62,921 bases of DNA, filler included, from Choristocarpus tenellus KU-1152 (GCA_964200185.2; 10 parts of 10 records of this genome joined end to end with filler, not necessarily neighbours in it), one strand, 5' to 3'. Shown: positions 13,024-27,489, numbered from the whole stretch's first letter. Numbers and translations: made by a program. The notes: generated from the letters alone by a model not told the origin.

Positions 13024-16000
13024 AGGGGAAGAAGATAGAATAGAGCACAAGAATTGTAGATATCTAGGTCATGCAGACATCATGTCTAGAGAGGTCAACA
13101 ATCCTTCACAATGAACATACTAGGTCACTGGAGCCAATACGGGATGCTACAGCAGAGAGCATGCAATAATAATAATAATAATAACAATAGTAATAAGGTG
13201 CAAATTGGCTTTGGGATCCAAAAGTCAAGCCCCTCCACACCTACCTTTCAGGATTACTATACTATTACCAATAAACAAATAGCTTAGCCCTAAAACCATC
13301 TTTGCAACAACTATAATACAGCAAAACAGCAGGCTTTACATGCTCAGGATCTTCGTCAGTATTCCATTTTTTGTCTTCTGCTCAAAAAAGATACACAAGA
13401 ATCCCACCACATCCTCAAACACACCATCAAACACACACGGCATAGCTTTTATTCCTTGACATCAATGCCACTACTACAGTGTTGTGTGCGCCCCTTTCAT
13501 CACCCCACAGCTCAAGCGAGATGAGAGGCCAAGCTTCTTGCTCCTGTCATCCAACATACCTACAGCATGGCTATGGCCACAGCACCCCCTCTTTGCTGAG
13601 ACCCAAAACTAGCCAGATGTCAAGCACATAACAACAAAGTGTACCAGTTAAGCAAATCATTCCATACTACAAGTAGAGCATTAGGCACACACCTTGACCT
13701 CCGGATGAGCAGCTTGGTCACAATGAGGGTGCAAACAACTGACATTGGCCCACTGAGGACAATCCCACCAGGAAACACCCGAGGGGGCTGCAAAGAGGTA
13801 GGGGCAGGGGTAGTGTCAACGGGACAGGAAGGAGTGGGATTTAATAGAGCATACATATTATTATTATTATTCATGAATTGAGTCCACGAGGCGCAAAGCT
13901 TGTGCCTCACATTAATCTTTCCCGCTCATAGCCCTATAACCCTACACTACTATGTCACTGCAAGACCTGAAAAACAGAAACAGTGCAACTCTCGTACAAG
14001 TTACAAGCGAACAAATTGGACATGTGTGATGGAAACAGTGCTCAAAGGGTGTGGCACAATAATTATCCTCGCGGATCAAGGCCCGGTCCAAGGAGACACA
14101 CGTGCCGACAAGCGCACAAACACACAAAAACACACAAAAACGCACTTTGCGATAACAACCAATTGCAGGGAAAAGGCGCTCAGGTACAGAATAGCACAGC
14201 ACGAGTTGTGTAGTACGATGGTGTTTGAGAATGCAGAACAACTGTAAGAGTAAGAGTGAACCCAAGCACTTCAACCTCGAGGAGTACATTTGGTCAAGAA
14301 TCTCAACCTAACCCTAACAACACAAGACAGCGCACCACTGGCCGTGCGCCATCCAATCCCATCAAAGAGCCATCCTTTTTTTCTTTTTCTTTTTTTTTTT
14401 CCAGCTCGTGACGAAAAAACAGGTACTTTTGTAAGTTCCACATATATGTCAGTACAAAACAAAAAGATAAGTCGGGGGGAGGGGGACCGTTTCAGCCGTG
14501 GAACCTACCAAAACACTCAGACGCACACGTGCTATCATAAACAACAACGACATCACGGCAACTAAATGATTTCATGTGACTTGAAACACCCTTCAGTGCA
14601 TCACGGCAAATCTTTGACACCATCTGAGGGTTGGAGGGTTAGGGTTGCAAACCATCCACCCGGCCTTGTTCATGATTTCAGAGTTGATCAATCTAGTTGC
14701 AGATAACTGTTTGAGTCATGGTGTACAGATGCATATATATATATCTATATATATAAGCAGTTTGGTAAGGCAAAAGAAGCCCCACTGCCTGGCAAGGGGC
14801 CCTGCCTGAGTAGAGCACCTGCCAGTCTGCTTGAAGTTCCTTTTCAGGGTTAGGGTCACTCACGGCTCACGGCATGGATGGGAAGAGGGTTTCCTTATGT
14901 CTCTTCACAACAACCCTGAAAAAGTTGCCCACCATCCCCAAAAATCAAAGCAAGGGAGTACGCCTGCAGTTCTACAAAGGCGGACACAGATCGATCGGAC
15001 TCATCACCTATATGCAAATTGTAAAACAGTCATCAAGAGGAAAGAAAAAAAAACTGGAACAAAAAAAAATCACGATCGACACCCATTCAGGACAGATGTG
15101 TACCTGTCAGAGCGGTAGAGTACCGCATTTCAGGATCTTGATACGCTTATAAGTTGACCCAATCAGAAGAACGAAAAAAAAAACGACGGTAAAAATATCT
15201 TCCGAGGTCCACTGGAACCATTGCTCAAAAAAAGCTTTTTTTCCCACCCTGCCCGCACACATCTTTTTTTTTCACAGGAAAAATCCAGAGGTAGGTGGTA
15301 GAGTAGGGTGTGGTATGGTGACCATAGCTCACCGCATCAGGATCGAAGGCCAGCACTGTCATCCACCCAAAGATGATGCCTGAGTATCCCAACGAAGATT
15401 CATCCATTAGACTGAGACATATGTCAGTCCCCCCCAACGAACCCAGCCACCACCCCCACCACCCCCACGACCACGTCATTACAGCAGTGCATGGTCATCC
15501 ATACAGAGACCAAAATCAGACCGAGTTCACCAACATAACCGACATAAGAGGACCAGGTGACATCCAACACAGAGTTAAATTAATTTAGCAACAGTGGCGT
15601 GGTCATCCATACTCCATATTCAACAAGCCAAAGCGACACGACAATGGGATTAGGAGGATTGTAATGACATCACAGAGGAGAAGGAGGGCATTGGGTGGGA
15701 GGGAAAAGGGTCTCCTACGGAGATGTTGAATGGAATAGGGAGTGGTGCAGTGGGTTGCAATAGTGGGAGAGATAAAGTCCTGGACTAGTGATTGTTGCAT
15801 AGTACATAGTTACGTCATTGCCACAGAAAGTGACAGCGAGCTTCATTCCCAACTTTTTCAAAACAAATTCGGTCTCGAAAGGCCATGACCTGCAGGCAGG
15901 GTTGAAGCTGGGAGTTTAAACGTTCCACAATGGCACCCGAAATTCATAGTTTTCTGGGAAGTCTTGGCAAACAGGCATCTATTTTTCAGTCAGGGGGGCT

Positions 16001-17746
16001 GTTGCTCAGGATATGTATAATGAAATTCAAATTGTACATAACAAAGAACTGCAGACACACATACATATACAAACACACACATATACATATACACACATAT
16101 ATATACAAACACTCACACATATATACAAACACACACGTCGACATACATAAGAAGGAACATTGGTTCCTTGTGCCTGTGATAGATAAATAGGGGCCTAAGC
16201 AACAATAATATTACAGGTATTTCAAAAGGCAGTATTAATTGGAGATTAATTGAAAATGATCACGATAAAGTATTTGGAAAAAGACTGAATATAACAAAAA
16301 GAAAAAAAGAATACTATCTAGCGAATCAATCCTCACCTCCGACTTCCTCTGCCAATCAGAAAGTGGTACACGTAGAGGGTCATCGCCTTTGTCACAATGA
16401 GCAGATGAGTAGAGGCAATTAGGTACTCTATAGACCCCATTTGTGCTTCAACTTTCCTGCAGTACCCATCATTAGCAGAAGAGAAGGCACATGAGATACC
16501 AAACTTATACAGAGGAGGGAGGGAGGGGAGGCTTAAACTTGTCCCACACCCATGTGTGACTTTTCAGTGCATTGCATGTGGTTCAAGTACCGGAAGATTG
16601 TGGACACTTTTCATGTGTAGTTTTTCTCCTGTGAAAAATGCACTCATCCTCATAAGGAGCACCAACTGGGTGATGAAATCATATGACTACAAAGAAAGGG
16701 AGTCTGTAACCAATCTGGCAAACAGTATCTCCGCCTCTCGCCCAACAAGCATATACCAGGTTAAAACATAGACTGTATTGGGATGGGTCCTAGGATTCTT
16801 TGTGTTTTGGGATTAGTTTACTGAAAAATAGTGATCCTACTTAATACATAAAGAACTGCACTCAGTCAGTCTGCCAGATATACCTAAAGATGAACGATAG
16901 ATGCCACCATATCCAGATTGGCGGGAAATGTTGAGAGTTTGTAACGTGGCCAAATAGGAACTTTCCTTCCTCGAGAAAGAAGTTGAAAGCGGAAAAGCAC
17001 TGAACTCACCGAACCAAAAGGAACGCTGCCCGCCCTTGAAAACTGGAATTGAATACTCAAAAGGCACACTGCAGATGAAGAGAAAAAGACTGAATAGGTA
17101 GGAGTGAGACTCCTTCTAGAAAATGATGATTGCACAAATCGTAAATGAGCTGCCAGCACCAAGATCTGCATGACAAACTCTCTCCATCTTATTTTTTTAG
17201 GAAGCGTTGGTACCTGCAGGTCCACAGACTGCTGATGTTGAAGCCCAGGTGCAAGAAGTCGAGGTGGCTAAAAGCGGCAGTTACCACTCGCCATACCTCA
17301 AAACTCCCAACAACCTTGCGGTAACTGAAACTAATTGCACCAGGTCGAACCCTTTTCATCCACATTATGGAGTAGATCTATCAAGGAAGCACATAATGCG
17401 GCGGAGAGATTTTATTACCCTGCCCCATCAAGGTGAATGTTGATGACCTGCAGTAACTCCACAAACAAGAGGCAAACCGTTCGTGTTGCAGTAGAAAATC
17501 GGATAGGTAATTTCTAGATCATCTTGCTCCACTTGGTAAAATACGTAGATCTCGCAGGAATTGACTCACAATGATGAAAGACACTGCCAACATAGCAGTC
17601 ACCGGATAATCAACTAACTGTTGCCCAATGGGACGGGCGTCCTCTCCTCCTAGACGGGCAGCGGCATGAGCACCTTGATCGACATCTGGATGTCCATCAC
17701 CCCCACTACCGGCTACAATGAGTTGGGGATTTATTACAGGAGACAT
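12658..17746 (-). CDS. Rhomboid-family intramembrane serine protease (RHBDD1/RBL15-like), 3' truncated by contig end; exons approx 17586-17746, 17213-17376, 16338-16456, 15332-15409, 13691-13788, 12658-12714
   Basis: WRVVTAAFSHLDFLHLGFN, catalytic GYSGIIFGW and SFAGHLAG motifs across spliced exons. Confidence 0.9.
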
Positions 17747-17954
17747 CTGGACGTTGTAGGTTCCAACTTTGTTGGAAACCATCACGAGGAGGTTAAGGTG
17801 CGATACTGCAACACATGCACAAACGCCTTCCACCTCTGAGTATCCTTTATGTAGATCATAAAGGTCAAAAATTACTAACAGACAACAATGTACAAGAGAG
17901 GGAGTTGAGAACTAGGGTTTGGCCGGACCCTCCTGGTCAAGGCTTTTCGGGATT
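17747..17954. promoter_or_regulatory. Putative bidirectional promoter rhomboid/UBZ gene
   Basis: Divergent ATGs about 210 bp apart. Confidence 0.6.
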
Positions 17955-20900
17955 ATGTCTGCAAGTCGGAAAACAAACAGCGCTCGGCGAAATCGCCTCG
18001 CCCTGCCTCGTTCTAGTGCCTCCTCGAGGAATCAAGGAGTACCCTTTCCAAAGACCCCTGTGACAAGATCTGTGCAAGCTGCAAGTGATAAGCTTGCTGC
18101 CGGTGGTAGAGGCTGTAAAGGTGGCATCCCTCAGTCTGAATTTCAATCGAATGTGGAGAATGCACCTATGGCGCGAAGATGCGTCTCGTCAAAAGACGTT
18201 GGTAAGGATTCATCTCCACTGGTGGATGTGTCCAAAGACCAGAAGCGTTCAACTCTCTCGCTCGAAACTGTCTCTTCCACAACTTCAGCTTCTCCCTCTG
18301 TGGATATCACTGAAGAAGGCGTGATTGATGCAGTGCATCTCCCAGTTGCTGATAATTCTTCTTCCCCTGCGTTGTCTGTCACGGAAAGGAGAAGGACCAG
18401 AGAGAAACCTTCTGTCAAGAAGAGAGGAGCAAAACGTCGCGCTCTCGTCGATATTAAAGCCAACACAGAAACCATGGAAATGAGAGCAGTGAGAAAATTT
18501 GATCATGAAATCGAGGTTGAAAAGGTGTATGCCCCTCCTTCAAGTGGAGGCATGCTTAGTGCATCACACCTGCGACCTTGTGGAGGTTCCTCACCTAATA
18601 TGCCTGTCACAGAAGAGGAACCTATCAGTAAGATATCTTCCATCGAGAAAAGAGAAGCAAAATGTCTTGATCTCGTCGATGTTGAAATCGACACAGAGAC
18701 GGTGAACTCGAGAGTTGCGACAACCGTTCGCTGTGAAATCGATCCCAAAGAAGTTTCCTCCCCTTCCCCTGATGGAGGCATGGGTTGTGCATCGCACGTG
18801 GGGCTTGCTGGAGGTTCATCGTCTGTGGAACCTACCAATGAAGGTATACTTACTAGCGAAAGACCTTCGAGCAAGAAGCGAGGAGCAGAATGTCATGCTT
18901 TCACCAATATCGAAACCAACGCAGAGACGATGGAAACGAGCGAAGTGAGAGCTGTCCATGGTGAAACTCACACACCATTTTCAATGTCGTGCAACGCCAA
19001 GGATTCAGAGTTGCATCCTGGAAAGACAGGGAACTGCCACCCAACCCGAGTAAACCGAGAGCACTGTCCGGTGTGCGGGGAGGCGGTTTGGCGTCTGGAC
19101 CTTCGCGCTCGACAGGTGCGTGAATACCCAAGTGCCTCAACGACAATACCGATCGAGGTCAAGAGTACTGTTACAGGGACTGAGTCCCAACCAACCTTGC
19201 CCTTTTGCTCTACAGTGCACAACGATAACTACTTAATTCTAGTCGGACATCACCCATCTATGCATGAGTCAAGGTGATGTAGTAGTAAACCAACACCCAC
19301 CCATTCGCACATGTTATCCATACCTTATACTCACTGCAGTAATAACCTGTACGCTGTAGACTTTTTGCACTGATCAAGAAGAGGCCATGTTCTCCCTTAC
19401 TGAATAGGTGCATGTAAACTCCTGCCTGGATGCAATATCTCAAGGGAGGAATCCTTCTGCAGCAGCGGAGGTTGTTGGCCAGGCTACGGGACTTACGGAG
19501 GCATCAAACACCTCTGCAGGGGAAGGGCGAGGTGTGAGATTGCACGCACGATGCAGCACTTGAACAGGGACCACATTCGGTTTCAGGAGGGTGTTAGCTA
19601 AAGGGAACATTTTTTTCAACCCATACCTAGAAAACCAACTTGAAGGAAAGAAAATTGAAGTGTAACTGCAAGTGTGGCATGAAAGTGTGACTGCTTGCAA
19701 TGGTGCTTGCTATGTTATTAGTTGTTATTAGTTGTTGGCTAGTTTTACGATGTGCCAACCAGAAATTTGAGGTGATCAAGATGGCGGTGCTGGGGGCAGG
19801 GAAATTTGGGGAGTGAGGTGGAGATGGAAAGAAAATTTTATGTCGCTCGGGCGGTTGGGCCCCTAGTGCAATTAGGTTGAGGATTTTAAATACCTGGTAA
19901 CGATCTCCTCGATTTTTTCGATGGGAGATTATAATGTGAAACATATGCGTCGCCTGGGTGGTTTTGATCAAGTACTTGGTCAATCATTGAGGACAACCTC
20001 TTGAGAACATTTATCTGCAATTTGATTAGTATGCTACCGCTGTGAAAGGGATTCACACAACACACGCGCGCGCGCGCGCGCAATTGACCTTGCTCTTTGT
20101 GTTTCCTGGGTCGAAGATTTGCCAAGTTTAACTTGCCACTGTGCTGTCCCCTCTTTCTTTTACTTGCTACCGCCTAACCCAGGAGGTGCAAAAAGAGCAG
20201 CTGCAAAGGAGCCCAAGACTGAGTACCAAGAACAGCTCCAGACAGCGAAGGCACTGTCGATGTCCCTGGCGACTCCTACTGTTCTTGAAGACGAAGAGGT
20301 ATCGGGATAATTTGATTTGGTGGATTTTTGGTAGAAGGCACAGGTGTGTGGGGGTGCTGTGGTCTGAGTTTGCTCCTGTAATTTTTTCTCAGTGATTGAC
20401 CTTCTTCAGTGCCACATCCCATATTGGTGAGAAGAGTCGAGGAGACTGCACTAGTTGCAACGATCGATTGTTTTCGATGTAGTTGGATGCATCTTCACTT
20501 CCTACACATGTGGGAGCTTCTTTTTTTTTGTCCCGGGTGTAGAGAGAGGCCATGTTAGTGTCATCTGAAGGTACACCATCCTTAATTACACCATCTCATC
20601 CGTTGATGGTTTTGTTCCGTACTTCCAAGACCTCAAGATCGCTTTAATGTGCTCTAATGTATGTACTTTAATGTACTCTAATGCATGTACTTTAATGTAC
20701 TCTAATGTACGTACTTTAATGTACTCTAATGCATGTACTTTAATGTACTCTAATGTATGTACTCTAATGTATGTACTTTAATGTACTCTAATGTATGTAC
20801 TTTAAAGTACTCTAATGTACTTTAATGTACTCTAATGTACTTTAATGTACTCTAATACATGTACTGTGCGTTACGCCGATATCCCACCCAACCCATGCTA

Positions 20901-21426
20901 TCAAGTGCCTGCTTCATTGCGCACCTTTTCTTGTACCCCCGGGCAGGAGTTGATAAAGAACCCAGAGGCATACCATTTGAAGGAAGAACGCCTGATGCAC
21001 CGGTTGGCTGAAATAGACCGGCAGATGGAGAAGCTTCAGAAGGATAAGGAGGCTGCACTGAGGAAGTGAGAGAACAGGAGGGCTGTTGGGGTGTGTGTGG
21101 GATGGGATTGGATAGTTTTAACTAAGGAGTACAGTGGACTGGAAGGTATTGATAGTATTGTTGTCGAAGTACTTTGAAGTGCCTTGACTTATCTCCGCTC
21201 AAACCCTATCCTCTTAATATCTTCCTCAAAGTGTGTTATTTAAGTCGTCAAGAGGTATTGAGCTCGATGGGGTTTCTTTGTTTGATGCTCCTCTGCATGT
21301 TTGTGTGTGTGTGTTTGGCTGTGTATGTGTATTTTTTTCAACTTCAGGCTGGCTGCTCATCGCTCACTTGGTGCCAGGGTCTCGCTCGGATCAAGGGGTT
21401 GCCAGGCTCCTGTCTCAAACTATGAG
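17955..21426 (+). CDS. UBZ4 zinc-finger DNA-repair protein (SLX4- or SNM1A-like), 3' incomplete; exons 17955-19115, 19408-19531, 20183-20298, 20947-21065, 21348-21426
   Basis: Splicing yields CPVCGEAVWRLDLRARQ|VHVNSCLD (UBZ4 pattern), then EQLQTAKALSMS (UIM-like) and a coiled coil; long low-complexity N-terminus. Confidence 0.6.
20643..20860 (+). repeat. Minisatellite (TTTAATGTACTCTAATGTATGTAC)n built from a 10-bp core
   Basis: Direct reading. Confidence 0.95.
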
Positions 21427-22180
21427 GTCAGTCAGCTGTGTATCCTATGCTTTCTATCTGAGGGAACAAAGATGTGTGTGTGTGTGTGTGTGTGTGTGTA
21501 GTGTAGTGTAGTGTGTGTGTAGTGTTTGACCCTTTCAGTGGAAGTAACATTTTTTGTACACCACAGATATTTTGTTGTTGTTTGAAAGTGCTTAAATATG
21601 TGTTTTGTGTTCAATCCCGATTGAAAAGAACAAAAAGAAAAAAAGAGAATCACTCTGTTCCTATCATACTAAATGCATTGTGTATGACATATGATGAGAT
21701 TGGTGATTTCTAATTTTTTCATTAGTATGAAGAGGTGAAGAAGGTGAATGGTGTTGTGGCCCTTTGAAGTTGTGATGGAAACCAAGCACTGAATTTGAAG
21801 TATCTTTCATCATCCCTCCCCTTTGACCCTAAGTATCTGGGGGGGGGGGAGGTCTACACNNNNNNNNNNNNNNNNNNNNNNNNNNNNNNNNNNNNNNNNN
21901 NNNTTAATTAATTAANNNNNNNNNNNNNNNNNNNNNNNNNNNNNNNNNNNNNNNNNNNNCCCCCCTCCCCTCCCAGATTCTTTGGGTCTTAATGAATTGC
22001 ATCGCATGTGCCCTGTGCCTGTAAGAATAGAAGTAGACCTTTTTGGGGTCCTTTATGAGGTCTAGCTCTGAAGTTCTCTCCTGTGATTGTGGCAACCAAG
22101 GTACTCTTTAACGTGCTTATTTTGTCCTTGGTATGCTTTATGCGGGCTTGCCTTATCTTTTTGTGGTTGAGACAACCGTG

Positions 22181-22303
22181 ACACTCTTCAGTATGCTTTG
22201 TCAGAACTAAGTACTCTTCAGTATGCTTTGTCAGAACTAAAGTACTCTTCAGCATGCTTCGTGAGAGCTAAAGTACTCTTCAGCATGCTTCGTGAGAGCT
22301 AAG
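22181..22303 (+). repeat. 30-31-bp tandem repeat (GTACTCTTCAGYATGCTT..CTAA) x4, with diverged units nearby
   Basis: Direct reading. Confidence 0.9.
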
Positions 22304-23410
22304 ACTTTTTATTTTACATACTTTTGCAAAAACTAAGGCGCTCTCTTCGGCGTGCTCCATTAGAACGTCAAGTGAAGGGGATAGGTTTTGATGAAATTTT
22401 GCTACAATAGGACTGAAGAGCGGGAGGGCGTCTATATAGAGATATTGACCCTGCCAGAAAGGTCTCCGGAAAAGAAAGAAACCTACCAGTAGAAGCATGC
22501 AATCAAATTGCAACTAGGAGTGTCGAGGCATGAACACCTGCACTGAGCATGATTCAAACTTGTCTGCAAGAATGGTGAGAGATGTGACATATATTTCATA
22601 CCAGCGACTTCATTGTTTCCAACATAGGTGGGTGGAAGCCATCGTTTTGAATACAAGTATTTTCACAGGCTGGGGCCAAGGAAAAAGTATAGAAAATTCC
22701 TTTCCCTTGCCGGGTGGTACTTAGTGCATGTGAACTCTTGTTTGTGGGGGGGGGGAGGTTAGGGTTAGGAATTTGATGCATGTAGAACAATAAAAGAGCG
22801 GCATATGCCTTAGTTCCAGAAGTGAATCAGAACCTTGTTTATAACTTTTAAGGGGTTTGATATCCCCCCACCCCTTGTGTCATAGGAGACTTTCCCACAT
22901 CATAAGATTTTTGTTGACCGCCTCAGTCACAGTAACCTGTGTTCATTGGAGATACTTCATTTTTTTTGTACAGGCATATTGTGAGTGCATCTATATTGTG
23001 TGCAATTCTTGTGAATTGTCAACACAAAAAAAATCTTATCAACGATGAATCATCTCATCCATTACTCTTTCGCAGACTATTTAACAATATGAAGTTCTAA
23101 ATAATTCCAAAATGGCGGTCATCATCTCATGTTTTTGCGAAAGAAGGAGGTATTTTCTGTTGCGGAAAAGACTCTTATTTTCTTCTTGTCGATAAGAATG
23201 ACCCTAACCCTATCAAAGTCGGGGAAAATGGAAATATCAACTTGTAAACAATATGAAAACAGAATGGGAGTGCAATACATTTCAAAGTACAGCTGATTCT
23301 CGACTGCCGCTGAAGTTGAAACTGGGGTCAGGTGGATGCAGTATGAACTTGAAGGAGTCCATTCCAACCAAGTCTTGGTCATCTTTTTGAGGTATTAATA
23401 GAAAAGTGTG

Positions 23411-23468
23411 TCCTGAGTATTGATAGAAACGTGCATCCTGAGTATTGATAGAAACGTGCATCCTGAGT
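23411..23468 (+). repeat. 25-bp tandem duplication TCCTGAGTATTGATAGAAACGTGCA
   Basis: Direct reading. Confidence 0.9.
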
Positions 23469-23835
23469 ACCACCTATGCAGAGAGAGAGGTGCACTAGAC
23501 ATACATTGAGCAGGAAAGATGAGCGTGAACCAATTATGCATGTCATTTTTTCATGCTATTTTGGACGATAGCTAGGGCACAGACAATAGACACAGTACAG
23601 TTTGTGAATTAGGACAGACAGGGCAACAGCACACTCAGTGTACAAGTGAACTTGATGGCAATTGTTAGCACTGTTAATAATGCACTCACGAAATATTCCT
23701 TCACACTTTTAGGAAGGTTTGAGAGGGCTCCTCAACCTCGGCTCATCTCCAAAGCCAAGACTAGACCCCAACCTTAGTCCTATGCCTGACCCTGACTCTG
23801 ACTCTGTCTGTTCACATGCAGTTGGTTCATCTACA

Positions 23836-26228
23836 GAGCCAGCTCCAGGCTGAGTCGGAAACGCCCCTCCAGGCGGTCAGAGCCATCCAACAGATATCCC
23901 GTGATGTTCATATGCTGACATTCTACCTCCGACCAATGAAAATGGTTGCCGAACAGCTCGTAACGGTAAGTGCACATAGGTACATAGGCTTTGTGAAACC
24001 TTTACCAAGCCTGTTGGACATTGGGGAAATAACTAACGCTAATTGTGGAGATGTGAGCATGATTTTACATTGTTTCAAAACACATTATTGTATATATATA
24101 TATATATATTTGTGTGTGTGCATATGTGCGTTTGTTATGTTTTTGGATAATCTTGTATTATGTTTCGTTTGGCTTGTGCTTGGGGTCCATAAAGACCGCT
24201 GCATGCCTTCTATTAGCATGCTTGACAGTGGTTGTACGACCCTTTATATTGACTCTAGGAGGCCAAGCATGCAGAGGAATTTTGGAGAAACGGAAACTTG
24301 AGTGTGGTGCTGGGCCATTGTGTGTCCTCCAGTTGACATTCAATGAATGCTTCCTTTGAGTTGGTTTTGGTTTTTATCCTGATGTGCTGCTGTTGCGGTG
24401 GTATAAAATGAGACCTCTTTGGGGTGGGTGCCCTTGACCAAATCAGGAAAATTCCAATTTCGACCTTCCAGGAATTTGGAGGCGGACAGGGCAATATATT
24501 TGTTTTGGTATTTATGGCCAATGGTGTGGGTGATTTGATATGTATATATTGTGAATGATGTCTTGAGTAGTCACTGTATACCTTGAGCTAACCTAAAACC
24601 CTAAGCCTTGAATTGCTACTACAGTTTTGAGAGCAGTACATTCCAGAGTGCCTTGAAAGTGGAACCGACAGCATGTGAACTGTTAGTCACAACGGTTGCC
24701 TCCATGCCATGACTTACCCTTGCTGTTCTTTTTATATTTTAAACTTTTATGGTAAACCACAGGATCTTCCGGCAGGTGATATGGACCTCAAGCGGCACCT
24801 CCTAGACCTGAGGTGATACTCTGATATTGTTGTTACAACGGAAACTCCCAATAGTTTCATTTAATGTGCATATACATAGTTAGAGTTGTGTTTGGTGCTA
24901 ACCTGGGATGATTTATGTCCTGAGTTTTGGACATCTAATTGTTGAGCACCTGATCTCAGTGTTGTGTCTTGATCCGAGTGGTACTTTCACCTAGGGACCA
25001 TGTGATGGTTCTGGAGGAACAGGCACTGCGAATGACTACCTGGAGCAGGAGTCTTAATGAAGACTGGGTCAATGAACAACAATACCGCATGAATGTGAGA
25101 ATCAAGAAGAACCAAATCATGATATGCAGGGTACCAAATACAATAGTTTTCAGTCTCAGCAGAATGATGTGACTGTGAAAGGAACCGATGGCAGCATGGA
25201 GTGAAACTATCTTAGAGAGTACGAATTTTTCCCTGTTTGTCCATTTGTAGGGCTTGGCTTTCCATGGATTTTTTTATGACATTTTTCGTAGTAGGTAAAA
25301 TATATACATTTGTAGGGCTTGGCTTGCCATGGGTTTTTTTATGACATTTCACACATTGTATTTTGATCCCCAAATGGACGCGGCTCTACCCTCTAAGATA
25401 GTTTCACTCATGGAGAATTATATATATACCGTCATAGACTGGCACTGGTATATATATTTTACATATTATATTGGCAGTATACATTTTATTCCCAAAACGA
25501 TCTACCAATCCTCGCATTATCTGATGGTTAGGGATTTTCAGTTTATCTCAAAATCATCGCACTATGGCTTTTTGTCTATAATTGGTATTATTACTATGGT
25601 GTGCATGTACATTTTTTTTTCAATTTTGCTTGAAAGTTTGTGCCGTACGCATCAGGAAGGACATGAACTGAGCTCTTGATTGCAGGACCTTATTCCACCC
25701 TCACATCCATGGCCAAAGGCAAAAGACAGTATGAGTTGGGATTGTGAATGGTAGCAAGTAGACTTTTCGGACCCCAATCCTAACGATATCTACTATACCC
25801 TGACTTCAGGGGAGCTGTCCAATTGCCAACATATTTTGTTGTAGTGTAGCAATACTCTCTTCCACTTCAAGCCCTTATCTCACGCAGACTCTTTTGTGTA
25901 CACTGTATTGGCTCTTCGCCCTTAAACCTTTTTCATATCAATGATATATACGCTGTGTGCCACAATGGCTCAAGTCTCTGCCTATCCTTACCCTCATGTC
26001 CACTCAACGTTGCAGAGTATTTTATCTCCCTTGCAGTATCCTCTTTCCTCCTTTCAGTACAAGTGTGATGAAGAAACAATCCCCCGATATTCCCTCTCTT
26101 TGGGTCCTGATCTTTACCCTTATTTTTCTTACCTCCCATTTGTTTTTGTCTTGCAGCAAGTGGTGTATATCCTCACCATGGTCACATCGGCCTTCCTACC
26201 AGCACAGTTCCTCACAGGAGTTTTTGGG
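23836..26228 (+). CDS. CorA/MIT-family Mg2+ transporter, internal exons approx 23836-23965, 24763-24812, 24995-25095, 26157-26228
   Basis: HLLDLRDHVMVLEE..QYRMN|QVVYILTMVTSAFLPAQFLTGVFG, the segment preceding the canonical GMN; the exon with MN was not found. Confidence 0.85.
25199..25409 (-). mobile_element. MITE family A, rearranged, TSD ATG
   Basis: Perfect 19-bp TIR; internal duplication and deletion. Confidence 0.85.
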
Positions 26229-26429
26229 TGAGGAGAAAATAGCAACTATCTATCGAATGTTGAAGCAAGATTTATCATAGCAGTGACACTTGTACTACCT
26301 TGGGTCCGAAATATAATGCCAATTTGAATATTAAAAAAAAAAATGAAAATCGAAATACTTTCTTTTTGGAGGTAAAATTGAGGCAAATAGCAAATAGAGA
26401 TCTTGTGCTGAATACACCGGTGAGAAACC

Positions 26430-26850
26430 ATGCCTGCCCAGGAAAAACATCCCCCAGATAGTGAAGAAAAAGAATATGACAATTGTGAAGAAGAGGACTG
26501 TCATTGCTGACCTGGTTAAGGGAGCAAAGATGACATGCTCAACTGGGACTTCAAGCATATTGACATTGCCAAGATGTGGAGGAGTTACACTCCTCAGGAG
26601 TCCATTACTGTCACAGATCCAGAGTTGGACTCGAAGAGGAAAAGAAATTTTGGCTGCCAGGATATTATCGTAAGGAGCTTCGAAAAATATGATACTGGCA
26701 TCCCTCTGAAGAATCGCACAATGCAGCACTTTACGGCACAATTGCAAATCTCGCGAACAGAACTGTAGATAATCCCCGATAAACTTGGCATAAGAACCTT
26801 GTCGATGCACCTCAAGCCACTGCTCACTGACGAGGTTAAAGGCACATAAC
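26430..26850 (+). pseudogene. Degenerate mariner-like transposase N-terminal fragment
   Basis: IPLKNRTMQHFTAQLQISRTEL*..SMHLKPLLTDE resembles the mariner HTH-to-linker segment; stops and frameshifts. Confidence 0.5.
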
Positions 26851-27489
26851 AAACTGTCCTATTTTTATTCTTTGACGGTCACTATCGAGTACTGTGGATT
26901 GTGAACCGTCACTGGTGATCGAATTTGGTCTTCTCAACTCAAGTGACAACACTATTCTCTGGAATATAGTAGACTTTATGGTGAGAATTTTGGTCCTCAG
27001 AATATTAGGCCCTAAGGTGGAAAACTGCAAGTGGGTGTTACACATTTTGAGACCCGAAGGTAGTACGATTTAAGGGTAGGAGAAGATGTACGAGAATGCC
27101 TTCTTTTTTTTTGAAGACCATAAGGATGCTCTAGAAGTCAGATTGGACCAATAGGTCGTGTTTTTTGTGCACTTGCCCAACGTGTAACCTCCTCGCCTTA
27201 ACATTTTTCGAGTGCACTCGTTACATCATCACATTTGTCTGAGGGATCCCAAAGCCGTGGAAAGAAAGTATTCCAAAGAAGGTAATACACATTGCTTGAG
27301 AAGAAGTAACAAGAAGCATTAAAAAAAAACATAGTACTAGAAGAATAAAAGATCAACAAAAAGGAAGAATATAATCCGCAGGAGAAAAACGCCATCACCA
27401 AGGAAAACATAGGGGGAAAAGAAAAGAGGAAATGAACAAGGATGCAAGAGAATGAGTCCATAACGAACACAGCATTCAGCAGATAGTGG

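Noticed and set aside
20643-20860. Periodic AT-rich array
   Set aside because: Ordinary intronic minisatellite
22181-22303. ~30-bp repeats resembling a CRISPR array
   Set aside because: Head-to-tail units without unique spacers, no cas genes, eukaryotic context
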